From the NCBI GenBank assembly GCA_964016885.1, contig CAXHJY010001246.1, positions 1 through 64,000 of the forward strand: a stretch of DNA of 64,000 nucleotides. The letters are read 5' to 3'. The translations under genes were made by a program, and so were the position numbers. This document shows, piece by piece, positions 29,931 to 44,690 of the stretch (positions are counted from its first letter, which is position 1; each line of letters starts with the position of its first letter). The notes under the pieces are model-generated. The model ran no database searches, was not told the origin of the DNA, and was given only the letters and a program-made list of their open reading frames with translations. The stretch comes from Eledone cirrhosa. Its lineage: Eukaryota.

Positions 29931-30119
29931 GGCGGCGGATTGGCAGTGTCGGTAGAGGGTTGGACGCCATGCTTTGACGCATAGAGTCACAGCCCTTGCC
30001 ATTCTGAGTTCAAATCCCACCGAGGTTAACTTTGCCTTTCATCCTTACGGGGTCGATAAAATAAAGTACCAGTAATGCACTGGGTAATTGCTGGCCTTGT
30101 GCCAAACGTAGAAACAATT
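29931..30119 (+). mobile_element. tRNA-derived SINE, full length
   Basis: GGCGGCGGATTGGCAG...GAGTTCAAATCCC...GCCTTTCATCCTTACGGGGTCGATAAAATAAAGTACCAG...AGAAAC(ATT)n. Confidence 0.92.
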
Positions 30120-30525
30120 ATTATTATTATTATAAGAATATTATATCAAAAACATTAATTACAGGAGAGTACATGCAATATATTTTAAGAAAATGGTGTA
30201 GTGAAAGCATACATGTAGGTATTATCAATTATAAATATCAAAGGAAATATTGATTTTAGGCAAAAAGCTTTATAATATTAGTCAACCTGTTCAGGCAGTA
30301 GAATATATTGTCTATAGATAAAAACATGGAAGCATTGAGTACAGAATTGTAAAGTTGAAACAGATACAGTAAAAAAACATATAATCCAAAAATATGGAGT
30401 TTAAGATTTTTTCTTTAAGGTTATGGTACCAGTTAGAGTACCAATTCGATGTCCTTGAGGTTCTGTCATACCAGATGTTTCAATTCCATATATATAATCA
30501 ATATTATCACTTAAAAACAGTAAAT

Positions 30526-30790
30526 AATTGTTTCTATTTTTGGCACAAGGCCAGCAACTATTCCAGTGTATTACTGGTACTTTATTTTATCGACTCCGTA
30601 AGGATGAAAGGCAAAGTTAACCTCGGCCGGATTTGAACTCAGACCACAAAGGGCCATAACTCTATGCTGCAAAGCAAAGTGTCTGACCCTCTACCGATCC
30701 TGCCAAACCACCGCCCTAAACAGTAAATAATTGTTTCTACTTTTTGGCACAGGGCCAACAATAACCAGTGCATTACTGGTACTTTATATA
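30526..30790 (-). mobile_element. SINE full copy plus tandem partial copy
   Basis: Reverse complement of the SINE consensus; flank AAACAGTAAATAATTG duplicated. Confidence 0.88.
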
Positions 30791-31016
30791 AGTTTTTTCT
30801 ATTCTCAACTTATTAACCTGTAATTGTAAGATAGCATTGTGATTTCTTTATTCATTTCTCACTATCTAATTTTATATATTTTTTATATCTTTCTAGTATC
30901 TTTTATTGTCTCCTACTCTCATTCGATTTACCTATTCTATAACCTCTCTCCCCCACTTCATACACTATCCTCAGAATCTGCTGTATACATATCACTTTCA
31001 ACGCTTGATCAATTAA

Positions 31017-31069
31017 ATTTTATTATACATATTTCGGAGGTACAACAGTACGTCCTCATCAGACAAAAT
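31017..31069 (-). ncRNA. Minimal type I hammerhead ribozyme (near-identical to 8226)
   Basis: Minus: ATTTTGT CTGATGA GGACGTAC tgtt GTACCTCC GAAA TATGTA TA ATAAAAT. Confidence 0.88.
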
Positions 31070-31226
31070 ATAATGATACATGACATACCCTGAGATGTTA
31101 AATCGTTAAGATTTAATATTTGTATTTAAATATTAATAACACTGGAAAATAAAAAAAATCTGTAGAGTGCTTCCAATCTACTGTAAAACTCATTCTTTGA
31201 TATAATCATTGAATCTTGTTTAACTC

Positions 31227-31334
<108 letters not shown>

Positions 31335-32878
31335 TATATATATGTATATACAGACACACATATAGACCCCTCCCCGATGTATGTATAGTTTTCCTTCTGC
31401 TGTAACACGCGTGTCCAATCATATCATTTGATGCTATGTAAAAGCCACGACAAATCCTGGGTTCCTGAATGACTAATATATATATATACATACACACATA
31501 TATACATATATATATACATATATAAATATATACATGTATATATATATATGTATATATACATATTATACACATATATATATACATATATATATATATATAC
31601 ATATTGATATATCTATACATATATATAGGTATGTGTGTCTATTATTCCCTATTATTTCGGCAACAAATAACACTATTCAGGAATACAAATATGATACATA
31701 AACAACACGGCATGGTACCATCTAATATATGCATTTATGAATAATACCTTTTGTTGCTGATCGATTTAAATAGAAGTTGATCTGGACATTATTCATTCAC
31801 CAAGTCTTTCTGTTTTACATGACATTGTAGCTCTATTTTCTTAACAGAGCTACACTGCTAGAAACAGCAGTCAAGTACCATTTCCTTCGGAACACATCTC
31901 ATACAATTTGAATATAAAAAGATTTGTTATTCCTACTCAGCTCACAAGATTCTGTATCTGTCGTTTCTCATCTATTATTTATATTGTAGGATTAGTATTA
32001 CAGTTCCTTTCAGCGTTTGGAAAGAATCTCCTTCTCTCTCACCCTCTCTCTCTCTCTAAATATCCGGGACGGCTTGGGGATGTGTACACCTCGTAGCCGC
32101 CGAAAATGGGTGCGAATGCCCGTGCCTCGGAGATTCTGGTCTTGCTTATGGCCACCACATCTATGTTTTTTCTCATACCCTCTCTCTCTCTCTTTTCTCC
32201 GTCTCTCACTCATACCCCACTCTCTCTCTTCCTCTACAATATGGAGAACAATAAACAAACAAACAGCCCGAATTACGCCGTACAGTGTTTAGGCAACCAC
32301 GTCACCTTTTTGTTCAACACTGGCACGGGAACGATGTTCTAGTTTCAAGCTTATTAGCTATCGTCAGCATCGTATACCTTCCTGCAGATGGTTGAACGTC
32401 TGAAAGTATATACTTTCCTTATGCATAATAACGGCTGAACAGCCTAATTTGCATATCGAGTGAGTTCAGTTGGCCGGGCACACCGAAAACGATAAATGGA
32501 ATAGAATGAAACGAAATTTCATTTCTCACTCTTAGTACGGCACTTACTTAAATGTAAGTATGTATAATAAAGGGCCGTAACTCTATGCCTCAAAGCATGT
32601 CGTCCGACTCTCTAACGATACTGCCAATCCACCGCCATTATGTATATAATGAAACAATTTCTTTTAACCATTGTAAGAAATAAAAAATGATTTACGAAGT
32701 AAACAAGACTTTCTTAATCAGATCTGATGTGGAACTAATGTCATGTTTTGCTTCAATATACTTTAAAATTCTTCTTTAAATATATTAGATATATAATATT
32801 TCTATTAACATCGCTATTCTGCATCCATTGAATTATGGTGTGATTTCATTTGTTTACTGATGGATTTTATATATTTTA

Positions 32879-32955
<77 letters not shown>

Positions 32956-33050
32956 ATATATATGTATATATATATATATGTATATATATATGTATATATA
33001 TATATATGTATATATATATGTATATATATATATGTATATATATATATATG

Positions 33051-33199
<149 letters not shown>

Positions 33200-33230
33200 G
33201 TATATCTATATATATGTATATATATATATG

Positions 33231-33262
<32 letters not shown>

Positions 33263-33274
33263 AATATATGTATG

Positions 33275-33305
<31 letters not shown>

Positions 33306-33314
33306 GTATGTATG

Positions 33315-33365
<51 letters not shown>

Positions 33366-33502
33366 GTATATATATATGTATATATATATATATATATGTA
33401 AAAGCCACGACAAATCCAGATATATATTTCGTTTTGAGTTTGTTGTTGATGTTGTTTGTTTAACGTAGATATGCTTTGAGGATTGTAGATGTATAAGGAC
33501 AT

Positions 33503-33688
33503 AACTGTTTCTATTTTAGGCACAAGGCCAGCAATTACCCAGTACATTACTGGTACTTTTATTTTATCGACCCCGTAAGGATGAAAGGCAAAGTTAACCT
33601 CGGCGGGATTTGAACTCAGATCATAAATGGACGTAACTCTATGCTTCAAAGCATGGCGTCCGACTCTCTACCGATACTGCCAATCCAC
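33503..33688 (-). mobile_element. tRNA-derived SINE
   Basis: Reverse complement of the SINE consensus. Confidence 0.9.
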
Positions 33689-33718
33689 AAGAACATAACG
33701 TTATCTAGAAAGACTCAC

Positions 33719-33778
<60 letters not shown>

Positions 33779-33845
33779 GTATATATGTATATTTGTATAT
33801 ATGTATATATGTATATATATATATAGGTATGTATATATATATGTA

Positions 33846-33891
<46 letters not shown>

Positions 33892-33910
33892 TATATACAT
33901 ATATATATAG

Positions 33911-33947
<37 letters not shown>

Positions 33948-34216
33948 CATATGTATATATTTACATATAATATGTATATATATACACATATATATATATG
34001 TATATCAATACCTATGTATTTATCTATCTACCTATATATATATATATACATACATACATATATATATATATACATATATACATATATATATACATACCTA
34101 TATATATATATATACATATATACATATATACTAATATACATATATACCTATATATATATATACATATATACATATATATATACATATATACAAATATACA
34201 TATATACATATATATA

Positions 34217-34327
34217 TATATGAAAGACGTAAAATAAGAAAATTTAAAAAATTAAAAATTAACTTACTTACTATAAGTAAGTTAATTTTTAATTTTTAAA
34301 ATATTCTTATTTTACGTCTTTCATATA
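34217..34327. repeat. ~110-bp AT-rich palindrome abutting (TA)n
   Basis: TATGAAAGACGTAAAATAAGAA..AACTTACTTA cta TAAGTAAGTT..TTCTTATTTTACGTCTTTCATA. Confidence 0.9.
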
Positions 34328-34439
34328 ATTGTTCTGCATCCCCCTGCATAGAACCACAAAGGTACTAAGACATAACATATCTATTTGCTAGCATGGGTAT
34401 ACATCTGTATACATATGTTGGTAGATATACTAATTCTAC

Positions 34440-34496
<57 letters not shown>

Positions 34497-34525
34497 CATA
34501 CATATATACATACATATATATATAT

Positions 34526-34576
<51 letters not shown>

Positions 34577-34625
34577 CATATATACATACATATATATATA
34601 TATATATACATATATACATATATAC

Positions 34626-34672
<47 letters not shown>

Positions 34673-34677
34673 CATAT

Positions 34678-34708
<31 letters not shown>

Positions 34709-35042
34709 CATATATACATATACATATATATATTACGGATTACTAACTTATCACAAGGAAACTGTCAATTATTCATTTTATTTAAATTCTAAATCCACAA
34801 AACAAAATCTGCCGAATGAAATGAAAACAATACTCTCAAAGAAGCTACACTTAAAACATGTCCTTCAAAACTCGCCAAGCGGTACATTAGGAGATATTAA
34901 ATGATATCAAATGTTAAATTTCTATTGAAGATAACGGCTATATAAATTGTAGTTAGATATATATCTGAATCAAGAGTTTCTTTCTTTTTAAGTATAAAAG
35001 AGAAGTTAATGTCATTTGTTTAACGTGAGTGCATGTTTTGGT

Positions 35043-35086
<44 letters not shown>

Positions 35087-35093
35087 GTCGCTG

Positions 35094-35152
<59 letters not shown>

Positions 35153-35669
35153 CTCTCTCACCTTCTCTCTCTATTGTGCCTATACTGACCTTGTGCCTAT
35201 ACTAGAAATATTTATTTTCCCCGCCCTCCTTTAAAAAAAAAAAAAAAATCAAACAAACAAACCAAAAGACAGAAACAAAATGTCTTCTAAGATTCATTAT
35301 TGAAGACAATAATTGATTTGTTGAAAATTTCTTATTTTCTCTTCTCTATTTCTGGAGATGGTGTGATGGTGATGGTGATGGTGTGAGGACAATGAATCAT
35401 CTATCTGTATTTTAAGTCCAAGTAGGAATTGGTAGAATCTGTTGATGGATTGGTACCGACCTAGTGGTAAGGCTGTTGGACATAGGTTGATAATTCTTCT
35501 CTACTATAGGCACAAGGGCCGAAACTCTATGCTCTGAAACAGGTTTTCTGCCAATTCACCACCATCAATTTTTTGTGGGGGAGGAGAAAGTCGATTAAAT
35601 CGACCCCAGTGCATTACTGGTGCTTTATATGTATGTGTGAGAGTATATATATATATATATATATATATT

Positions 35670-36240
35670 TTTCCTAGGGCGGGTAAAATTCCCGAGATCC
35701 CTGGACGAGTTCTCTCCAGCGGTCTCTGTCCCTCATTATCGCTGCCATGTTCTGCATCTCCAACAGACCAGTGTCTGTCCTTAGGGCATCAACATACGTT
35801 AACCTTGGTTTTCCTCTTCCAGTGTGTCCATGTAGGGGCTCCTACAAGAGCACTGAATGCAATGTCAACTCTGGATGTCGGTGAGCATGTCCAGCTAACC
35901 TCAGTCTCCTCTGTGTTACTTTTGAGCTGACTTTTGGGAGGCTCCCATACAGCTCTGAGTTTTTCATCCTCAGTGTATACTGATTAATGTTCAGAGCCAT
36001 CCTCAGCATTCTCGTGTAGCACCCATCCACAATCTGAGTGAGTTTGTTGGTCAGTGTCCAAGTCTCAGACTCCACTACAGCAATGAAGAGGCGGATTTTC
36101 AGGTCTTTACGAAGGTCCGACTTCCACACCGATCTCAATCTGTGGCACGCCGCCCAGGCTTTGCTCTTCCTCTCAAACACATCATCTTCCGTATTCCCAA
36201 TCTTTGCTCCAGAAATACAGGAAGTCCTCAACCAATTCTA
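35670..36240 (-). mobile_element. RTE-type LINE 3' ORF fragment
   Basis: KAWAACHRLRSVWKS..KIRLF..ETWTLT..DGCYTRMLRMALNI..RRLRLAGH..HPE..EP.HG..GRGKPRLTYVD. Confidence 0.85.
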
Positions 36241-37417
36241 GCTTCTCCTTTACCTCTCCCCCTTTTTTTATTTATCTCTTTGTGAAGTTATATACAGATT
36301 TTAATGTATTTTAACATATTGTAAATTTATTTATTTTATTTTATTATCTTATTGTGTTTATATGTGTGTTTTTATGTGTAGACCTGTGCGTAAGTATATG
36401 TATGTGTGCATGTATGTAGATATATATATATATATATACGTGTGTGTATAGGGGTGTGTATGTGTGCATGTGTACGTATATGCATGAGTTTATACGTGTG
36501 TGTGTGCATGCATGTACATGTATGTACATATGTGGGTGTGTGTACATATATATATATGAGTATATATATATATATATATATATATATAGCTGTATCTGGG
36601 TATTTGTGTGTATGTTGGTGCGCATGTATGTATGTGTGTGTGTGTATGTATGTATATATGGGTCTCTATATGTATGTGTATTTGTATATATATATATATG
36701 TGTACATCTCACAGGAATGTGTACGGATGGATTATATATTCATTTTATTATGTATTATTTTATCATATATCCATTATATATATATATATGTATGTATGAA
36801 TATGTATGCATATATCTATATATTATATTGTATACTATATTGTTACTTTATTGTATATTGTATATTTATGTATATGTGGAAGCATGTGTGTGTAAGCAAA
36901 TATGCATATGTGCATGTATGTGCATGTGGCCGTCCGCGTGCGCATGTATATGTATGTACATGTATATGTGTGTGTATGTATATATGTATGTATATATGTG
37001 GGTGTGCGTATGCATGTAGAGTTTTATATATATGTGTGTGTATGTATGTGTGTATGTAGTTATGTGTACGTATGTGTATTTCGTATCTATGTGTATGTAT
37101 ATATATATATTTGTATATAAGGGTATGCGTAGGTATATGTGCGTGCGTATGTGTGTGTATATGTGTATGTTTGTGTGTGTGTGTGTGTGTGTACACATAT
37201 AGACATATGTGCGTATAAGTATGTATGTGTATGTGCGTATATACATGTGTATGTGTATATATGTTTGCTTATACATATATGTATATGTGTATACGTGTGT
37301 GTCTGCATGCGTGTGTATGTGTCTATGTACACACACATATATATATATATACATGGTGTGTGTATCTGTCAGTGGGTGTGTGTGTGTGTGGGTGCGTACA
37401 CACACACACACACACAT

Positions 37418-37492
<75 letters not shown>

Positions 37493-38111
37493 GTGTATGT
37501 ATTTGCTTAGTACCTCTTAACGATAATTGATATTGCTTGGTGTTATACAAAATGACCGCTTCGTTTATTTGGCCGAACCGGATCCAGCTGCTTTGTTTAA
37601 AAGTTGTTATAATTTAAGAGATATCTCTGTTCGAATTTAATCAATTTTATTGCCTGTATTTCCTATCTGCCGCAGGCTTTGATTATCATTATGATGGAAG
37701 ATGGAAACTTGGAATAATGTCTTTATTACACAGAACTGCGTTATGTCGATACCCGATGCCTTTACAAACTTATTACTGCTTCTTCATCTAAACTGATATG
37801 TTTAAAGGTTTTACATTCTCAACTTTATTATCAGCGTTCACCCATCTTGTTAAAGAAGGATTTCGTTTCGGAAATACAAATAAAAATTTTGTATTGATCT
37901 GTCCTTTTTGTATTTGCCGTCAGAACATTTCTCATCTAGCTTTCAACATGTCTGCCTTACAATAGCAATACATTTATTATAGAAACGTACAAACACAACC
38001 ATTGTTATGCGAACAATATCTGCCGAATAAAACTAGTTTAGAACATACCCCGACGTCTTAAAATAAAAAAAAGATGTTATTCTTTTTGTCGTGTCCATCG
38101 TGTTAAGCCTG

Positions 38112-38258
38112 TTTGTACAAACATAGCACTCTCGTACTGCCGGCAGGGTCCTTCCATGACCAGGACCATTCCAGGTATGGTTGATTTCACTCCCTCTGTG
38201 TGTCTATTGCAAGAAGAGAACATCACAGTGTTGCTTGCTGCATAGGTCGGCTAAGATG
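38112..38258 (-). mobile_element. Vingi/Ingi-like LINE APE endonuclease N-terminal fragment
   Basis: Minus strand: ILADLCSKQHCDVLFLQ*THRG / PTIPGMVLVMEGPCRQYESAMFV. Confidence 0.55.
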
Positions 38259-39499
38259 TTTTGTTATAGTTTAAAAATGAAGGTGAAACAGAAGTATATT
38301 TAAAGATTATATTTTCTTTAATCCGACAGAATGAATATTTTTATAATTGTTGCATTAAATATTCGATTGGTATCAGAATCTTATCAAATGTTAAATGTTA
38401 AGAAAAACATTTTTCTTAACATTTAACATTTTCGTATTCCGTGAGCAGTTTGAATATATGTGAATTTTCTATTAAAATTTCCTCTTATACAAATGTTCAT
38501 TATGAAGGTGTGGTGGTGAAGAGATCAGGATTTTATTAAATTCTTGGGTTCAATTGTGTCAAAAGGTCAATGACTCTGATCTTCGAGCTACTCACTTTAG
38601 TAACGTTACTCTATATGAGGAATGGCTGAATACATTTGGCGAAAATTATATAACGAGGGACGAACTCAAAAGGATGTGATTGCAAAGGAACTTCCTGATG
38701 ACACAGCCATACCCTCTATCTGTCCAACACTCTTACCTCTAGCCCACACGGTTCCTCTATGAGGAATGGTGGAATAAATTATCCGAAAATGACATAACGA
38801 GGGACGAACTCAAAAGGATGATTGCAAACGAACTTCCTAACAACACAGCCATACCCTGTATCTGATCCCCACATCATGTTAGACTGTGCTTCACTGCATT
38901 TTTATAAATATAATTAACTACATTTTGTTCAGTAACACGTGTAATGGCGCAATGAGGAAGAATGCTATACCGGGATTAAATTCCTTCGAATCGGAGAGAC
39001 CAAATTATTCATATAGAAATACCTGAATATCTAATATGGCTATGAAGGAATAAATAAATAAATCAAATTATCGATTTCTAAATTTTGGCACAACATTAGG
39101 AATGTGTGAGGGAAGGGTGAGAGAGTGGGAAAGAAAATGTATAGGGACTGTAATCGGCTTCAGTATATAATTGTTATTTATTTCAGCGACATCGAACGAA
39201 TATAATTCTAGTGGGATATGAAGAAATGTGATAATATTGGAAGCGATCCAAGCAACACATACTATTACACATTTTTTTTTCTAAACCAATTCACTTAATA
39301 ATTATACAACACTTCATTCCACAAATCTGTAGAATATAACAACTTGACAAATATTTGCGTTATTCCTTGTCTTGACAATTACACGAGAAATCATTAAATT
39401 TAATACCCTTACCACTACGCTACGCTTGACACACCCTGAACAGGACGCCAGTCCATCACAGGTTTAATTGCTTTGAAGGAGAAAACTCTTAGTGTGAAG

Positions 39500-39555
39500 T
39501 TTGGGTTTGAAATAAATCTTTTGTGACATCAGTCCTGGAACTTTTCTGACACCTC

Positions 39556-39560
<5 letters not shown>
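39500..39560 (-). mobile_element. Tc1/mariner-type terminal inverted repeat abutting (TA)n
   Basis: Minus: TA CACGAGGTGTCAGAAAAGTTCCAGGACTG, resembling mariner TIRs; partner end not found. Confidence 0.5.
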
Positions 39561-39622
<62 letters not shown>

Positions 39623-39761
39623 GTTTAGACAACAGAACGTGTGTCTAAGATACAGGCGTCCTGTCGAATTCATGGCTATTTAATTAGCTCAATGCTTGAA
39701 AGCAGAGCCATTATATGAAGCAAAAACAAAGAGCGCTTACATCATCAATTAATCTTTATTT

Positions 39762-39806
39762 GCTGACAGTGTTTCGTCCTTGCATAATTGCAGGACTCAT
39801 CAGAGC
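39762..39806 (-). ncRNA. Canonical-core type I hammerhead ribozyme
   Basis: Minus: GCT CTGATGA GTCCTGCA atta TGCAaGGAC GAAAC act GTC AGC; GUC cleavage triplet. Confidence 0.9.
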
Positions 39807-40431
39807 GTTATAAAGAGGAAGTAGATCAATAGTATAAACTCTACCGACCTATATCACAAGAACGATCCATATGTAGCACAGAGGACTAAGAAGAGGGGGG
39901 TGCTTGGACGACACATCACCGCTAGAAGCCGATACATATAAGACCGAAATCAGTTACAATAATTAAAGATAAGGAAAAATAAAAGATAAGGAAATTAAAG
40001 ATAAGAGATAAAACGTAAAGGGTAGAGTCTAGAAGTAAGGATAAAATAAGGATAACAATAAAGTGATGATAATATAGGAAAATATCAAAAAATAAAAAAA
40101 AATAAAAATGAGAATAAAATATGAGAATCAAAATAGGAGGTAATAAAAATAAAGATAAAAATAAAAATGAAACATAAAAGATAACACATTATATAAGCAA
40201 TGCAAATAAATTCAATTAAGTGTAGTTGTAGACAGTAAAGGATTTCAGAGGTAAGACAGACATAAGTATCTGTCTTCAAGAAACCATTGGTAAATGAAAT
40301 AATTATCTTGTTGTTTATTACATAACTAAAAAGCTCCCTAGCCTACGTAGAGCATTCTCTTTTCCTTTACCTATTCTACGGAAATACTTTATTTATATTT
40401 ATATATATGTATATATATATATATATATATG

Positions 40432-40520
<89 letters not shown>

Positions 40521-40552
40521 ATATATATATATACTCACACACACACACACAT

Positions 40553-40607
<55 letters not shown>

Positions 40608-40667
40608 TTTTAGTCCAGAATTAGCCGTCGAAACGGCTTGAGCTCAGCTGTCGGGGTCTTACTGGTT

Positions 40668-40672
<5 letters not shown>
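40608..40672 (+). mobile_element. Half-hammerhead pLTR fragment between (TA)n tracts
   Basis: GTCCAGAATTAGCCGTC GAAAC GGC..GCT GTC GGGG; same family as 1867 and 54581. Confidence 0.7.
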
Positions 40673-40705
<33 letters not shown>

Positions 40706-40725
40706 CGTGTATATATATATATACT

Positions 40726-40787
<62 letters not shown>

Positions 40788-41219
40788 ATTTTAACTTTCT
40801 GAAATTTATTTGAATATCCCATATTATATTTAATTATCTCCTTAGTCAATCATCTCTTAATCGCTGGGGCTTAAATTATTCCCCACATCCCTGTTTAAAT
40901 TTGTAAAACGTTTTCCTTAATATTCAGGAAGAATAAATATTACTAAATTTAAGAGCGTGTTTGGTAATTCCTACATGTTTCAAGTAGAGTGCCATTATGC
41001 ATATGTCTCCTTCTTATGACATACTATTTCCTTCCCCACCCCTCATTACTCTGCCCTCCCCACCCCTCATTACTCTGCCCTCCCCACCCCTCTTTAATTC
41101 TGTTATAAACATTAAATTTTTAATACCAGCTTTCCTCTCCTATCGATTTTTATTAAATATATTATATATAGAGTAATACAGGATATGTTTGTTGCGAATG
41201 TATATATATTTATACACTG

Positions 41220-41257
<38 letters not shown>

Positions 41258-41274
41258 AGTGTTTGTGTGTGTGT

Positions 41275-41305
<31 letters not shown>

Positions 41306-41383
41306 ACTGTGTGTGTGTGAGTGTGTGTGTGTATACTGTATACATATATACATACATTTATATATATGTATATATATGTGTAT

Positions 41384-41456
<73 letters not shown>

Positions 41457-41540
41457 AGTGTGCGTGTGTGTGTGTGAGTGTGTGTGTGTGTATACTGTAT
41501 ACATATATACATACATTTATATATATGTATATATATGTGT

Positions 41541-41616
<76 letters not shown>

Positions 41617-41628
41617 ATATATATATAT

Positions 41629-41905
41629 AATTGTTTCTACTATTGGCACAAGGCCAGAAATTACCCAGTACATTACTGGTACTTTATTTTATCGACCCCG
41701 TAAGGATGAAAGGCAAAGTTAACCTCGGCGGGATTTGAACTCAGAATAGCAAGGGCCGTAACTCTATGCATCAAAGCATGGCGTCCGACCCTCTACCGAT
41801 ACTGCCAATCCACCACCGTAATGTATATATATATATAATGGAAGTATTACAGTACCAGTAATGCACTGGGTAACTGCTGGCCTTGTGCCTAAAGTAGAAA
41901 CAATT
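41629..41905 (-). mobile_element. SINE full copy (-) plus tail fragment (+)
   Basis: SINE consensus match. Confidence 0.88.
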
Positions 41906-42392
41906 ACATTCTAGTCTAAAGTCTGTTATACCTAATACTAATACCTTTGCACCTCCATCATTTACCATCCAATTATTCCTTTATTCATTTAAAATATTTG
42001 AAAGGTATTTTACTATTTTGCTTTCTTAATTCAGTCGGTTGAGGTTGCCACCACTAATTCAGGGATATATGTGGATATACTCATGTATATGTATGTGTCC
42101 GCATGTATCTGTGTGTTTCTCTATATATTGTTTATAACTCCCTTTGGTCGAGTAACCTTTGAAGTGTGGTGACTGCTGGAAAGCTGTCATTACTCAAACT
42201 TCTCGCCACCCTAGCCACCTCTTCTACGGCTTTGATATAAGTACTCCCTCCGCCTCCGTGGTATTTTTTTCATGGTTATAAGAGGCTTAGCTCTGTTTCT
42301 TGACCGCTGTATCACGTGATTGACTCCCCCTCCGCCTTTCGGGATTCTATCTCGCGTCCTACGGACGTGTTTTGAAACTCTTAATGAGGTAC

Positions 42393-42483
42393 CCTCTTGA
42401 TAAGTCGGCAGACCTCACAAAAATTCTATATCTCTGTGATGTAGTGTTTTTGCATAATACGCCACGAAACTACGTAGTCGAGG
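42393..42483 (+). ncRNA. Type I hammerhead ribozyme, U3-A8 core variant, long stem II loop
   Basis: CCTC TTGATAA GTcGGC...GCCAC GAAAC TACGTA GTC GAGG; palindromic stem III ACTACGTAGT. Confidence 0.7.
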
Positions 42484-42555
42484 AGTAAAGAAGGAGTTCA
42501 GGTATGGTATATCTTATTATTAATTATATCTAATGTTTCTTCTCCTTTCATAATG

Positions 42556-42596
<41 letters not shown>

Positions 42597-43035
42597 CTAG
42601 CTGACCCGTCCGGCTGGCGCTCGGATAGGTATACCAGCATTTTATCTTTTCAGGAATCCCCCCTACACTCTAGTGCAAAGATACTGCACGCCCTCTCAGG
42701 TCAGCGATGGCGGTGGGGGTATTAACGTGCTCTGATGTTGTGTTTGAATAGTTTTTTTTAGGATTCCTCAGTTCAGCAGCCAGTACGTTAAAGAAAATTG
42801 ATAGTTACAACAATAAAGGCTGAACAGAGAACAATTTTTTTAACAAACAATAATTTGTACAACCATAATGGAAATTCCAAGTAACAGAAAATATTTAAAT
42901 TCCATTGTTAGTTAGAGCCGCCTCAGAGTATACAACATTTTTTGTTCGGCTCACCGGAGCAAAGATAAAGAGATTGTTTGGTGAGCTCACCCTAGAGCAT
43001 CCTACATACAATTGACCACGGGAGAAGCACTGTTC
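42597..43035 (-). mobile_element. Helitron 3' end: Pif1-helicase C-terminus, 3' UTR, subterminal hairpin and CTAG
   Basis: CFSRGQLYVGCSRVSSPNNLFIFAP..TKNVVYSEA; terminus TCCGAGCGCCAGCCGGACGGGTCAGCTAG|T. Confidence 0.85.
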
Positions 43036-43171
43036 TCGTAGCTCGTCTCGCGACACATATATATATGCACGTAGTTTTTCGCAACTTGCACAGATTGAAA
43101 AAACACTCAAAGTGTTGTTTCCTAGATTGGAAAAAAAAACACCATAAAATATGTACATATACACATACACA

Positions 43172-43229
<58 letters not shown>

Positions 43230-43414
43230 CACAAATACATATGCATGCATATATATATACATATATCACATATCAATATATGCATTTATACATAAATATA
43301 TGCATTCATATATATAATCATATACATATATACATATATATATATACATAAACATATACATATATACATATATACGTAAACATATATATACACATCTATC
43401 TATCTATCTATCTA

Positions 43415-43474
<60 letters not shown>

Positions 43475-43488
43475 AAGGAAAAGCGAAG

Positions 43489-43520
<32 letters not shown>

Positions 43521-43758
43521 TATATACATAAACATATTCATATATACATATAATTACATATATACATAAATATATACATATATACATAAACACATATATA
43601 TATATACATCAATATATACATATATACATAAACACATATGCACATCAATATATACATATAATTACATATAAATGAAGTATTTCCGTCGGAAAGGTACAGG
43701 AAAAAATATATAATTACATATATACATAAATATATGCATATATATATAAATACACACC

Positions 43759-43839
<81 letters not shown>

Positions 43840-44198
43840 CTATATACATATATGTAAAAATATTCTGAAGTGAAAATAATGAAAAATTAGCTGGAGAAAA
43901 AAGTTATTTGTAAAATAAAGAATATTGACTGATAATGAAGTATAACGCTGTAGTTAATCGAAAAAGTAGGATTGTGGGGGGTGAAAAACGAAATTTGTTT
44001 TTGGAATTAAATGTACAGGAACGAAAATAAAAACCGGTATGTGAGGTGGAAAGTGGAAAGATATAGTTTGTTTTAGAGAGAGAGAGAGAGAGAGAGTAAG
44101 AGATGGGGATATGGAGAGAGAGGAGACTAGGGGAGAGTGAGCGAGAGAGAAACGGAGAGAGGGTGGAGAGAAAGAGGAGAGAGAGGCGAGAGAGGGTG

Positions 44199-44230
<32 letters not shown>

Positions 44231-44380
44231 ATGAAGGGAGGTGGAGAGGGACGGAGAGAAAGAAAGAGAGAGATAGAGTAAGAGTGAGAGAGAGAGAGAG
44301 AGAGACGGAGAGAGAGAGAAAGTGAGAGAATGAAGGGAGGTGGAGAGAGACGGAGAGAATGAAAGAGAGGAGAGGGGAGC

Positions 44381-44690
44381 AGACGGAGGCTGTGACAGTG
44401 GGAGTTTGGTTCCTTTGTGTTCGGACCTGGTGTATATATATATGAGAGATGGGGAGATCAGGGGAGACGGAGGCTGTGACAGTGGGAGTTTGGTTCCTTT
44501 GTGTTCGGACCTGGTGTATATATATATGAGAGATGGGGAGATCAGGGGAGACGGAGGCTGTGACAGTGGGAGTTTGGTTCCTTTGTGTTCGGACCTGGTG
44601 TATATATATATGAGAGATGGGGAGATCAGGGGAGACGGAGGCTGTGACAGTGGGAGTTTGGTTCCTTTGTGTTCGGACCTGGTGTATATC
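44381..44690. repeat. 84-bp tandem repeat, ~3.7 copies; related units at 52085-52250 on the opposite strand
   Basis: Period 84 (44381, 44465, 44549, 44633). Confidence 0.95.
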
